DNA of 64,000 bases from Eledone cirrhosa (lineage: Eukaryota): positions 386,012,001-386,076,000 of the forward strand of contig OZ024741.1 of the NCBI GenBank assembly GCA_964016885.1, in the 5' to 3' direction. The notes beneath the pieces are model-generated. The model saw only the letters and a program-made list of their open reading frames with translations. It was not told the origin of the DNA and made no database searches. How positions within the stretch are numbered: position 1 is the stretch's first letter; each line of letters begins with the position of its first letter. Positions 48,201 to 60,200 of this stretch are shown here, piece after piece. Both the position numbers and the translations under genes were made by a program.

Positions 48201-51200
48201 GTAGTTATAGTTGTTGTTGTGGTAGTTATAGTTGTTGTTGTTGTAGTTATAGTTGTTGTAGTAGTTATAGTTGTTGTTGTTGTAGTTATAGTTGTTGTTG
48301 TAGTAGTTATAGTTGTTGTTGTGGTAGTTATAGTTGTTGTTGTAGTAGTTATAGTTGTTGTTGTTGTAGTTATAGTTGTTGTTGTGGTAGTCATAGTTGT
48401 TGTTGCAGTAGTTATAGTTGTTGTTGTAGTAGTTATAGTTGTTGTTGTGGTAGTTATAGTTGTTGTTGTAGTAGTTATAGTTGTTGTTGTAGTAGTTATA
48501 GTTGTTGTTGTAGTAGTTATAGTTGTTGTTGTAGTAGTTATAGTTGTTGTTGTGGTAGTTATAGTTGTTGTTGTGGTAGTTATAGTTGTTGCAGTAGTTA
48601 TAGTTGTTGTTTAATAGTTATAGTTGTTGTTGTGGTAGTTATAGTTGTTGTTTAATAGTTATAGTTGTTGTTGTAATAGTTATAGTTGTTGTAGTAGTTA
48701 TAGTTGTTGTAGTAGTTATAGTTGTTGTTGTAATAGTTATAGTTGTTGTGTTAGTTATAGTTGTTGTTTAATAGTTATAGTTGTTGTTGTAATAGTTATA
48801 GTTGTTGTTGTAGTATATATAGTTGTTGTTGTAGTAGTTATAGTTGTTGTTGTAGTAGTTATAGTTGTTGTTGTAGTAGTTATAGCTGTTGTTGTAGTAG
48901 TTATAGTTGTTGTTGTGGTAGTTATAGTTGTTGTTGTAGTAGTTATAGTTGTTGTTGTGGTAGTTATAGTTGTTGTTGTGGTAGTTATAGTTGTTGTTTA
49001 ATAGTTATAGTTGTTTGTGTTGTAGTTATAGTTGTTGTTGTAGTAGTTATAGTTGTTGTTGTGGTAGTTATAGTTGTTGTTGTAGTAGTTATAGTTTTTG
49101 TTGTGGTAGTTATAGTTGTTGTTGTAGTAGTTATAGTTGTTGTTGTGGTAGTTATAGTTGTTGTTGTAGTAGTTATAGTTGTTGTTGTGGTAGTTATAGT
49201 TGTTGTTGTGGTAGTTATAGTTGTTGCAGTAGTTATAGTTGTTGTTGTAGTTATAGTAGTTGTTGTGGTAGTTATAGTTGTTGTTGCAGTAGTTATAGTT
49301 GTTGTTGTGGTAGTTATAGTTGTTGTTGTAGTAGTTATAGTTGTTGTTGTGGTAGTTATAGTTGTTGTTGTGGTAGTTATAGTTGTTGTTGTAGTAGTTA
49401 TAGTTGTTGCAGTAGTTATAGTTGTTGTTGTGGTAGTTATAGTTGTTGTTGTGGTAGTTATAGTTGTTGTTGTGGTAGTTATAGTTGTTATTGTGGTTAT
49501 TATAGTTGTTGTTGTGGTAGTTATAGTTGTTGCAGTAGTTATAGTTGTTGTTGTGGTAGTTATAGTTGTTGTTGTAGTAGTTATAGTTGTTGTTGTGGTA
49601 GTTATAGTTGTTGTTGTGGTAGTTTTAGTTGTTGTTGTGGTAGTTATAGTTGTTGTTGTAGTAGTTATAGTTGTTGTTGTGGTAGTTATAGTTGTTGTGG
49701 TAGTTTTAGTTGTTGTTGTGGTAGTTATAGTTGTTGTTGTAGTAGTTATAGTTGTTGTTGTGGTAGTTATAGTTGTTGTTGTGATAGTTATAGTTGTTGT
49801 GGTAGTTATAGTTGTTGTTGTAGTAGTTATAGTTGTTGTTGTAGTAGTTATAGTTGTTGTTGTAGTAGTTATAGTTGTTGTTCTGGTAGTTATAGTTGTT
49901 GTTGTAATAGTTATAGTTGTTGTTGTGGTAGTTATAGTTGTTGTTGTAGTAGTCATAGTTGTTGTTGTAGTAGTTATAGTTGTTGTTGTAATAGTTATAG
50001 TTGTTGTTGTGGTAGTTATAGTTGTTGTTGTGGTAGTTATAGTTGTTGTTGTGGTAGTTATAGTTGTTGTTGTGGTAGTTATAGTTGTTGTTGTAGTAGT
50101 TATAGTTGTTGTTGTGGTAGTTATAGTTGTTGTTGTGGTAGTTATAGTTGTTGTTGTAGTAGTTATAGTTGTTGTTGTGGTAGTTATAGTTGTTGTTGTA
50201 GTAGTTATAGTTGTTGTTGTAGTAGTTATAGTTGTTGTTGTAATAGTTATAGTTGTTGTTGTGGTAGTTATAGTTGTTGTTGTGGTATTTATAGTTGTTG
50301 TTGTGGTAGTTATAGTTGTTGTTGTGGTAGTTATAGTTGTTGTTGTGGTAGTTATAGTTGTTGTTGTGCTAGTTATAGTTGTTGTTGTGCTAGTTATAGT
50401 TGTTGTTGTGGTAGTTATAGTTGTTGTTGTGGTAGTTATAGTTGTTGTTGTAGTAGTTATAGTTGTTGTAGTAGTTATAGTTGTTGTTGTAGTAGTTATA
50501 GTTGTTGTTGTAGTAGTTATAGTTGTTGTTGTGGTAGTTATAGTTGTTGTTGTGGTAGTTATAGTTGTTGTTGTGGTAGTTATAGTTGTTGTTGTGGTAG
50601 TTATAGTTGTTGTTGTATTAGTTATAGTTGTTGTTGTGGTAGTTATAATTGTTGTTGTAGTAGTTATAGTTGTTGTTGTATTAGTTATAGTTGTTGTTGT
50701 ATTAGTTATAGTTGTTGTTGTGGTAGTTATAGTTGTTGTTGTGGTAGTTATAGTTGTTGTTGTAGTAGTTATAGTTGTTGTTGTAGTAGTTGTTGTTGTA
50801 GTTATAGTTGTTGTGGTAGTTATAGTTGTTGTTGTGGTAGTTATAGTTGTTGTTGTGGTAGGTATAGTTGTTGTTGTGGTAGTTATAGTTGTTGTTGTAG
50901 TAGTTATAGTTGTTGTTGTAGTAGTTGTTGTTGTTGTAGTTATAGTTGTTGTTGTGGTAGTTATAGTTGTTGTTGTGGTAGTTATAGTTGTTGTTGTAGT
51001 AGTTGTTGTTGTTGTTGTGGTAGTTATAGTTGTTGTTGTGGTAGTTATAGTTGTTGTTGTAGTAGTTATAGTTGTTGTTGTAGTAGTTGTTGTTGTTGTA
51101 GTTATAGTTGTTGTGGTAGTTATAGTTGTTGTTGTGGTAGTTATAGTTGTTGTTGTGGTAGTTATAGTTGTTGTTGTAGTAGTTATAGTTGTTGTTGTGG

Positions 51201-54200
51201 TAGTTATAGTTGTTGTTGTGGTAGTTATAGTTGTTGTTGTGGTAGTTATAGTTGTTGTTGTAGTAGTTATAGTTGTTGTAGTAGTTATAGTTGTTGTTGT
51301 AGTAGTTATAGTTGTTGTTGTAATAGTTATAGTTGTTGTTGTGGTAGTTATAGTTGTTGTTGTAGTAGTTATAGTTGTTGTTGTGGTAGTTATAGTTGTT
51401 GTTGTTGTAGTTATAGTTGTTGTTGTGGTAGTTATAGTTGTTGTTGTAGTAGTTATAGTTGTTGTTGTTGTAGTTATAGTTGTTGTTGTAGTAGTTATAG
51501 TTGTTGTTGTGGCAGTTATAGTTGTTGTTGTAGTAGTTATAGTTGTTGTTGTTGTAGTTATAGTTGTTGTTGTTGTAGTTATAGTTGTTGTTGTGGTAGT
51601 TATAGTTGTTGTTGTTGTAGTTATAGTTGTTGTTGTGGTAGTTATAGTTGTTGTTGTAGTAGTTATAGTTGTTGTTGTTGTAGTTATAGTTGTTGTTGTA
51701 GTAGTTAAAGTTGTTGTTGTGGCAGTTATAGTTGTTGTTGTAGTAGTTATAGTTGTTGTTGCTGTAGTTATAGTTGTTGTTGTTGTAGTTATAGTTGTTG
51801 TTGTGGTAGTTATAGTTGTTGTTGTGGTAGTTATAGTTGTTGTTGTAGTAGTTATAGTTGTTGTTGTTGTAGTTATAGTTGTTGTTGTGGTAGTTATAGT
51901 TGTTGTTGTAGTAGTTATAGTTGTTGTTGTTGTAGATATAGTTGTTGTTGTGGTAGTTATAGTTGTTGTTGTGGTAGTTATAGTTGTTGTTGTTGTAGTT
52001 ATAGTTGTTGTAGTAGTTATAGTTGTTGTTGTTGTAGTTATAGTTGTTGTTGTAGTAGTTATAGTTGTTGTTGTGGTAGTTATAGTTGTTGTTGTAGTAG
52101 TTATAGTTGTTGTTGTTGTAGTTATAGTTGTTGTTGTGGTAGTCATAGTTGTTGTTGCAGTAGTTATAGTTGTTGTTGTAGTAGTTATAGTTGTTGTTGT
52201 GGTAGTTATAGTTGTTGTTGTAGTAGTTATAGTTGTTGTTGTAGTAGTTATAGTTGTTGTTGTAGTAGTTATAGTTGTTGTTGTAGTAGTTATAGTTGTT
52301 GTTGTGGTAGTTATAGTTGTTGTTGTGGTAGTTATAGTTGTTGCAGTAGTTATAGTTGTTGTTTAATAGTTATAGTTGTTGTTGTAATAGTTATAGTTGT
52401 TGTAGTAGTTATAGTTGTTGTAGTAGTTATAGTTGTTGTTGTAATAGTTATAGTTGTTGTTGTGTTAGTTATAGTTGTTGTTTAATAGTTATAGTTGTTG
52501 TTGTAATAGTTATAGTTGTTGTTGTAGTATATATAGTTGTTGTTGTAGTAGTTATAGTTGTTGTTGTAGTAGTTATAGTTGTTGTTGTAGTAGTTATAGC
52601 TGTTGTTGTAGTAGTTATAGTTGTTGTTGTGGTAGTTATAGTTGTTGTTGTAGTAGTTATAGTTGTTGTTGTGGTAGTTATAGTTGTTGTTGTGGTAGTT
52701 ATAGTTGTTGTTGTGGTAGTTATAGTTGTTATTGTGGTTATTATAGTTGTTGTTGTGGTAGTTATAGTTGTTGCAGTAGTTATAGTTGTTGTTGTGGTAG
52801 TTATAGTTGTTGTTGTAGTAGTTATAGTTGTTGTTGTGGTAGTTATAGTTGTTGTTGTGGTAGTTTTAGTTGTTGTTGTGGTAGTTATAGTTGTTGTTGT
52901 AGTAGTTATAGTTGTTGTTGTGGTAGTTATAGTTGTTGTTGTGGTAGTTTTAGTTGTTGTTGTGGTAGTTATAGTTGTTGTTGTAGTAGTTATAGTTGTT
53001 GTTGTGGTAGTTATAGTTGTTGTTGTGATAGTTATAGTTGTTGTTGTGGTAGTTATAGTTGTTGTTGTAGTAGTTATAGTTGTTGTTGTAGTAGTTATAG
53101 TTGTTGTTGTAGTAGTTATAGTTGTTGTTGTGGTAGTTATAGTTGTTGTTCTATTAGTTATAGTTGTTGTTGTGGTAGTTATAGTTGTTGTTGTAGTAGT
53201 CATAGTTGTTGTTGTAGTAGTTATAGTTGTTGTTGTAATAGTTATAGTTGTTGTTGTGGTAGTTATAGTTGTTGTTGTGGTAGTTATAGTTGTTGTTGTG
53301 GTAGTTATAGTTGTTGTTGTGGTAGTTATAGTTGTTGTTGTAGTAGTTATAGTTGTTGTTGTGGTAGTTATAGTTGTTGTTGTGGTAGTTATAGTTGTTG
53401 TTGTAGTAGTTATAGTTGTTGTTGTGGTAGTTATAGTTGTTGTTGTAGTAGTTATAGTTGTTGTTGTAGTAGTTATAGTTGTTGTTGTAATAGTTATAGT
53501 TGTTGTTGTGGTAGTTATAGTTGTTGTTGTGGTAGTTATAGTTGTTGTTGTGGTATTTATAGTTGTTGTTGTGGTAGTTATAGTTGTTGTTGTGGTAGTT
53601 ATAGTTGTTGTTGTGGTAGTTATAGTTGTTGTTGTGCTAGTTATAGTTGTTGTTGTGCTAGTTATAGTTGTTGTTGTGGTAGTTATAGTTGTTGTTGTGG
53701 TAGTTATAGTTGTTGTTGTAGTAGTTATAGTTGTTGTAGTAGTTATAGTTGTTGTTGTAGTAGTTATAGTTGTTGTTGTAGTAGTTATAGTTGTAGTAGT
53801 AGTTATAGTTGTTGTTGTGGTAGTTATAGTTGTTGTTGTAGTAGTTATAGTTGTTATTGTAGTAGTTATAGTTGTTGTTGTGGTAGTTATAGTTGTTGTT
53901 GTGGAAGTTATAGTTGTTGTTGTGGTAGTTATAGTTGTTGTTGTATTAGTTATAGTTGTTGTTGTGGTAGTTATATTTGTTGTTGTAGTAGTTATAGTTG
54001 TTGTTGTATTAGTTATAGTTGTTGTTGTGGTAGTTATAGTTGTTGTTGTGGTAGTTATAGTTGTTGTTGTGGTAGTTATAGTTGTTATTGTGGTAGTTAT
54101 AGTTGTTGTTGTAGTAGTTGTTGTTGTTGTAGTTATAGTTGTTGTGGTAGTTATAGTTGTTGTTGTGGTAGTTATAGTTGTTGTTGTAGTAGTTATAGTT

Positions 54201-57200
54201 GTTGTTGTAGTAGTTGTTGTTGTAGTTATAGTTGTTGTGGTAGTTATAGTTGTTGTTGTGGTAGTTATAGTTGTTGTTGTGGTAGTTATAGTTGTTGTTG
54301 TGGTAGTTATAGTTGTTGTTGTAGTAGTTATAGTTGTTGTTGTAGTAGTTGTTGTTGTTGTAGTTATAGTTGTTGTTGTGGTAGTTATAGTTGTTGTTGT
54401 AGTAGTTATAGTTGTTGTTGTAGTAGTTGTTGTTGTTGTTGTGGTAGTTATAGTTGTTGTTGTGGTAGTTATAGTTGTTGTTGTAGTAGTTATAGTTGTT
54501 GTTGTAGTAGTTGTTGTTGTTGTAGTTATAGTTGTTGTGGTAGTTATAGTTGTTGTTGTGGTAGTTATAGTTGTTGTTGTGGTAGTTATAGTTGTTGTTG
54601 TAGTAGTTATAGTTGTTGTTGTGGTAGTTATAGTTGTTGTTGTAGTTATAGTTGTTGTTGTGGTAGTTATAGTTGTTGTTGTGGTAGTTATAGTTGTTGT
54701 TGTGGTAGTTATAGTTGTTGTGGTAGTTATAGTTGTTGTTGTATTAGTTATAGTTGTTGTTGTGGTAGTTATAGTTGTTGTTGTTGTAGTTATAGTTGTT
54801 GTTGTGGTAGTTATAGTTGTTGTTGTGGTAGTTATAGTTGTTGTGGTAGTTATAGTTGTTGTTGTGGTAGTTATAGTTGTTGTGGTAGTTATAGTTGTTG
54901 TTGTGGTAGTTATAGTTGTTGTTGTGGTAGTTATAGTTGTTGTTGTAGTAGTTATAGTTGTTGTTGTTGTTGTAGTTATAGTTGTTGTTGTAGTAGTCAT
55001 AGTTGTTGTTGTGGTAGTTATAGTTGTTGTGGTAGTTATAGTTGTTGTTGTGGTAGTTATAGTTGTTGTTGTAGTAGTTATAGTTGTTGTTGTGGTAGTT
55101 ATAGTTGTTGTTGTAGTAGTTATAGTTGTTGTTGTAGTAGTTATAGTTGTTGTTGTGGTTGTTATAGTTGTTGTTGTAGTAGTTATAGTTGTTGTTGTGG
55201 TAGTTATAGTTGTTGTTGTTGTAGTTATAGTTGTTGTTGTTGTAGTTATAGTTGTTGTTGTGTTAGTTATAGTTGTTGTTGTGGTAGTTATAGTTGTTGT
55301 TGTAGTAGTTATAGTTGTTGTTGTTGTAGTTATAGTTGTTGTTGTGGTAGTTATAGTTGTTGTTGTAGTAGTTATAGTTGTTGTTGTTGTAGTTATAGTT
55401 GTTGTTGTGGTAGTTATAGTTGTTGTTGTGGTAGTTATAGTTGTTGTTGTTGTAGTTATAGTTGTTGTAGTAGTTATAGTTGTTGTTGTTGTAGTTATAG
55501 TTGTTGTTGTAGTAGTTATAGTTGTTGTTGTTGTAGTTATAGTTGTTGTTGTGGTAGTTATAGTTGTTGTTGTAGTAGTTATAGTTGTTGTTGTTGTAGT
55601 TATAGTTGTTGTTGTGGTAGTGATAGTTGTTGTTGCAGTAGTTATAGTTGTTGTTGTAGTAGTTATAGTTGTTGTTGTGGTAGTTATAGTTGTTGTTGTA
55701 GTAGTTATAGTTGTTGTTGTAGTAGTTATAGTTGTTGTTGTAGTAGTTATAGTTGTTGTTGTGGTAGTTATAGTTGTTGTTGTGGTAGTTATAGTTGTTG
55801 CAGTAGTTATAGTTGTTGTTTAATAGTTATAGTGGTTGTTGTGGTAGTTATAGTTGTTGTTTAATAGTTATAGTTGTTGTTGTAATAGTTATAGTTGTTG
55901 TAGTAGTTATAGTTGTTGTAGTAGTTATAGTTGTTGTTGTAATAGTTATAGTTGTTGTTGTGTTAGTTATAGTTGTTGTTTAATAGTTATAGTTGTTGTT
56001 GTAATAGTTATAGTTGTTGTTGTAGTATATATAGTTGTTGTTGTAGTAGTTATAGTTGTTGTTGTAGTAGTTATAGCTGTTGTTGTAGTAGTTATAGCTG
56101 TTGTTGTAGTAGTTATAGTTGTTGTTGTGGTAGTTATAGTTGTTGTTGTGGTAGTTATAGTTGTTGTTGTGGTAGTTATAGTTGTTGTTTAATAGTTATA
56201 GTTGTTTGTGTTGTAGTTATAGTTGTTGTTGTAGTAGTTATAGTTGTTGTTGTGGTAGTTATAGTTGTTGTAGTAGTTATAGTTTTTGTTATGGTAGTTA
56301 TAGTTGTTGTTGTAGTAGTTATAGTTGTTGTTGTGGTAGTTATAGTTGTTGTTGTAGTAGTTATAGTTGTTGTTGTGGTAGTTATAGTTGTTGTTGTGGT
56401 AGTTATAGTTGTTGTTGTGGTAGTTATAGTTGTTGTTGTAGTAGTTATACTTGTTGTAGTAGTTATAGTTGTTGTTGTAGTAGTTATAGTTGTTGTTGTA
56501 GTAGTTATAGTTGTTGTAGTAGTTATAGTTGTTGTTGTGGTAGTTATAGTTGTTGTTGTAGTAGTTATAGTTGTTATTGTAGTAGTTATAGTTGTTGTTG
56601 TGGTAGTTATAGTTGTTGTTGTGGTAGTTATAGTTGTTGTTGTGGTAGTTATAGTTGTTGTTGTGGTAGTTATAGTTGTTGTTGTATTAGTTATAGTTGT
56701 TGTTGTGGTAGTTATATTTGTTGTTGTAGTAGTTATAGTTGTTGTTGTATTAGCTATAGTTGTTGTTGTGGTAGTTATAGTTGTTGTTGTGGTAGTTATA
56801 GTTGTTGTTGTGGTAGTTATAGTTGTTGTTGTAGTAGTTATAGTTGTTGTTGTGGTAGTTATAGTTGTTGTTGTAGTAGTTGTTGTTGTTGTAGTTATAG
56901 TTGTTGTGGTAGTTATAGTTGTTGTTGTGGTAGTTATAGTTGTTGTTGTAGTAGTTATAGTTGTTGTTGTAGTAGTTGTTGTTGTAGTTATAGTTGTTGT
57001 GGTAGTTATAGTTGTTGTTGTGGTAGTTATAGTTGTTGTTGTGGTAGTTATAGTTGTTGTTGTGGTAGTTATAGTTGTTGTTGTGGTAGTTATAGTTGTT
57101 GTTGTTGTAGTTATAGTTGTTGTTGTGGTAGTTATAGTTGTTGTTGTAGTAGTTATAGTTGTTGTTGTGGTAGTTATAGTTGTTGTTGTGGTAGTTATAG

Positions 57201-60200
57201 TTGTTGTTGTCGTAGTTATAGTTGTTGTTGTAGTAGTTATAGTTGTTGTTGTGGTAGTTATAGTTGTTGTTGTAGTAGTTATAGTTGTTGTTGTAGTAGT
57301 TATAGTTGTTGTTGTGGTAGTTATAGTTGTTGTTGTTGTAGTTATAGTTGTTGTTGTGGTAGTTATAGTTGTTGTTGTAGTAGTTATAGTTGTTGTTGTG
57401 GTAGTTATAGTTGTTGTTGTGGTAGTTATAGTTGTTGTTGTGGTAGTTATAGTTGTTGTTGTGGTAGTTATAGTTGTTGTTGTAGTAGTTATAGTTGTTG
57501 TTGTGGTAGTTATAGTTGTTGTTGTTGTAGTTATAGTTGTTGTTGTAGTAGTTATAGTTGTTGTTGTAGTAGTTATAGTTGTTGTTGTAGTAGTTATAGT
57601 TGTTGTTGTTGTAGTTATAGTTGTTGTTGTGGTAGTTATAGTTGTTGTTGTGGTAGTTATAGTTGTTGTTGTTGTAGTTATAGTTGTTGTAGTAGTTATA
57701 GTTGTTGTTGTTGTAGTTATAGTTGTTGTTGTAGTAGTTATAGTTGTTGTTGTGGTAGTTATAGTTGTTGTTGTAGTAGTTATAGTTGTTGTTGTTGTAG
57801 TTATAGTTGTTGTTGTGGTAGTGATAGTTGTTGTTGCAGTAGTTATAGTTGTTGTTGTAGTAGTTATAGTTGTTGTTGTGGTAGTTATAGTTGTTGTTGT
57901 AGTAGTTATAGTTGTTGTTGTAGTAGTTATAGTTGTTGTTGTAGTAGTTATAGTTGTTGTTGTGGTAGTTATAGTTGTTGTTGTGGTAGTTATAGTTGTT
58001 GCAGTAGTTATAGTTGTTGTTTAATAGTTATAGTTGTTGTTGTGGTAGTTATAGTTGTTGTTTAATAGTTATAGTTGTTGTTGTAATAGTTATAGTTGTT
58101 GTAGTAGTTATAGTTGTTGTAGTAGTTATAGTTGTTGTTGTAATAGTTATAGTTGTTGTTGTGTTAGTTATAGTTGTTGTTTAATAGTTATAGTTGTTGT
58201 TGTAATAGTTATAGTTGTTGTTGTAGTATATATAGTTGTTGTTGTAGTAGTTATAGTTGTTGTTGTAGTAGTTATAGTTGTTGTTGTAGTAGTTATAGCT
58301 GTTGTTGTAGTAGTTATAGTTGTTGTTGTGGTAGTTATAGTTGTTGTTGTAGTAGTTATAGTTGTTGTTGTGGTAGTTATAGTTGTTGTTGTGGTAGTTA
58401 TAGTTGTTGTAGTAGTTATAGTTTTTGTTGTGGTAGTTATAGTTGTTGTTGTGGTAGTTATAGTTGTTGTAGTAGTTATAGTTTTTGTTGTGGTAGTTAT
58501 AGTTGTTGTTGTAGTAGTTATAGTTGTTGTTGTGGTAGTTATAGTTGTTGTTGTAGTAGTTATAGTTGTTGTTGTGGTAGTTATAGTTGTTGTTGTGGTA
58601 GTTATAGTTGTTGTTGTGGTAGTTATAGTTGTTGTTGTAGTAGTTATACTTGTTGTAGTAGTTATAGTTGTTGTTGTAGTAGTTATAGTTGTTGTTGTAG
58701 TAGTTATAGTTGTTGTAGTAGTTATAGTTGTTGTTGTGGTAGTTATAGTTGTTGTTGTAGTAGTTATAGTTGTTATTGTAGTAGTTATAGTTGTTGTTGT
58801 GGTAGTTATAGTTGTTGTTGTGGTAGTTATAGTTGTTGTTGTGGTAGTTATAGTTGTTGTTGTGGTAGTTATAGTTGTTGTTGTATTAGTTATAGTTGTT
58901 GTTGTGGTAGTTATATTTGTTGTTGTAGTAGTTATAGTTGTTGTTGTATTAGCTATAGTTGTTGTTGTGGTAGTTATAGTTGTTGTTGTGGTAGTTATAG
59001 TTGTTGTTGTGGTAGTTATAGTTGTTGTTGTAGTAGTTATAGTTGTTGTTGTGGTAGTTATAGTTGTTGTTGTAGTAGTTGTTGTTGTTGTAGTTATAGT
59101 TGTTGTGGTAGTTATAGTTGTTGTTGTGGTAGTTATAGTTGTTGTTGTAGTAGTTATAGTTGTTGTTGTAGTAGTTGTTGTTGTAGTTATAGTTGTTGTG
59201 GTAGTTATAGTTGTTGTTGTGGTAGTTATAGTTGTTGTTGTGGTAGTTATAGTTGTTGTTGTGGTAGTTATAGTTGTTGTTGTGGTAGTTATAGTTGTTG
59301 TTGTTGTAGTTATAGTTGTTGTTGTGGTAGTTATAGTTGTTGTTGTAGTAGTTATAGTTGTTGTTGTGGTAGTTATAGTTGTTGTTGTGGTAGTTATAGT
59401 TGTTGTTGTCGTAGTTATAGTTGTTGTTGTAGTAGTTATAGTTGTTGTTGTGGTAGTTATAGTTGTTGTTGTAGTAGTTATAGTTGTTGTTGTAGTAGTT
59501 ATAGTTGTTGTTGTGGTAGTTATAGTTGTTGTTGTTGTAGTTATAGTTGTTGTTGTGGTAGTTATAGTTGTTGTTGTAGTAGTTATAGTTGTTGTTGTGG
59601 TAGTTATAGTTGTTGTTGTGGTAGTTATAGTTGTTGTTGTGGTAGTTATAGTTGTTGTTGTGGTAGTTATAGTTGTTGTTGTAGTAGTTATAGTTGTTGT
59701 TGTGGTAGTTATAGTTGTTGTTGTTGTAGTTATAGTTGTTGTTGTGGTAGTTATAGTTGTTGTTGTGGTAGTTATAGTTGTTGTTGTGGTAGTTATACTT
59801 GTTGTAGTAGTTATAGTTTTTGTTGTGGTAGTTATAGTTGTTGTTGTGGTAGTTATAGTTGTTGTAGTAGTTATAGTTTTTGTTGTGGTAGTTATAGTTG
59901 TTGTTGTAGTAGTTATAGTTGTTGTTGTGGTAGTTATAGTTGTTGTTGTAGTAGTTATAGTTGTTGTTGTGGTAGTTATAGTTGTTGTTGTGGTAGTTAT
60001 AGTTGTTGTTGTGGTAGTTATAGTTGTTGTTGTAGTAGTTATACTTGTTGTAGTAGTTATAGTTGTTGTTGTAGTAGTTATAGTTGTTGTTGTAGTAGTT
60101 ATAGTTGTTGTAGTAGTTATAGTTGTTGTTGTGGTAGTTATAGTTGTTGTTGTAGTAGTTATAGTTGTTATTGTAGTAGTTATAGTTGTTGTTGTGGTAG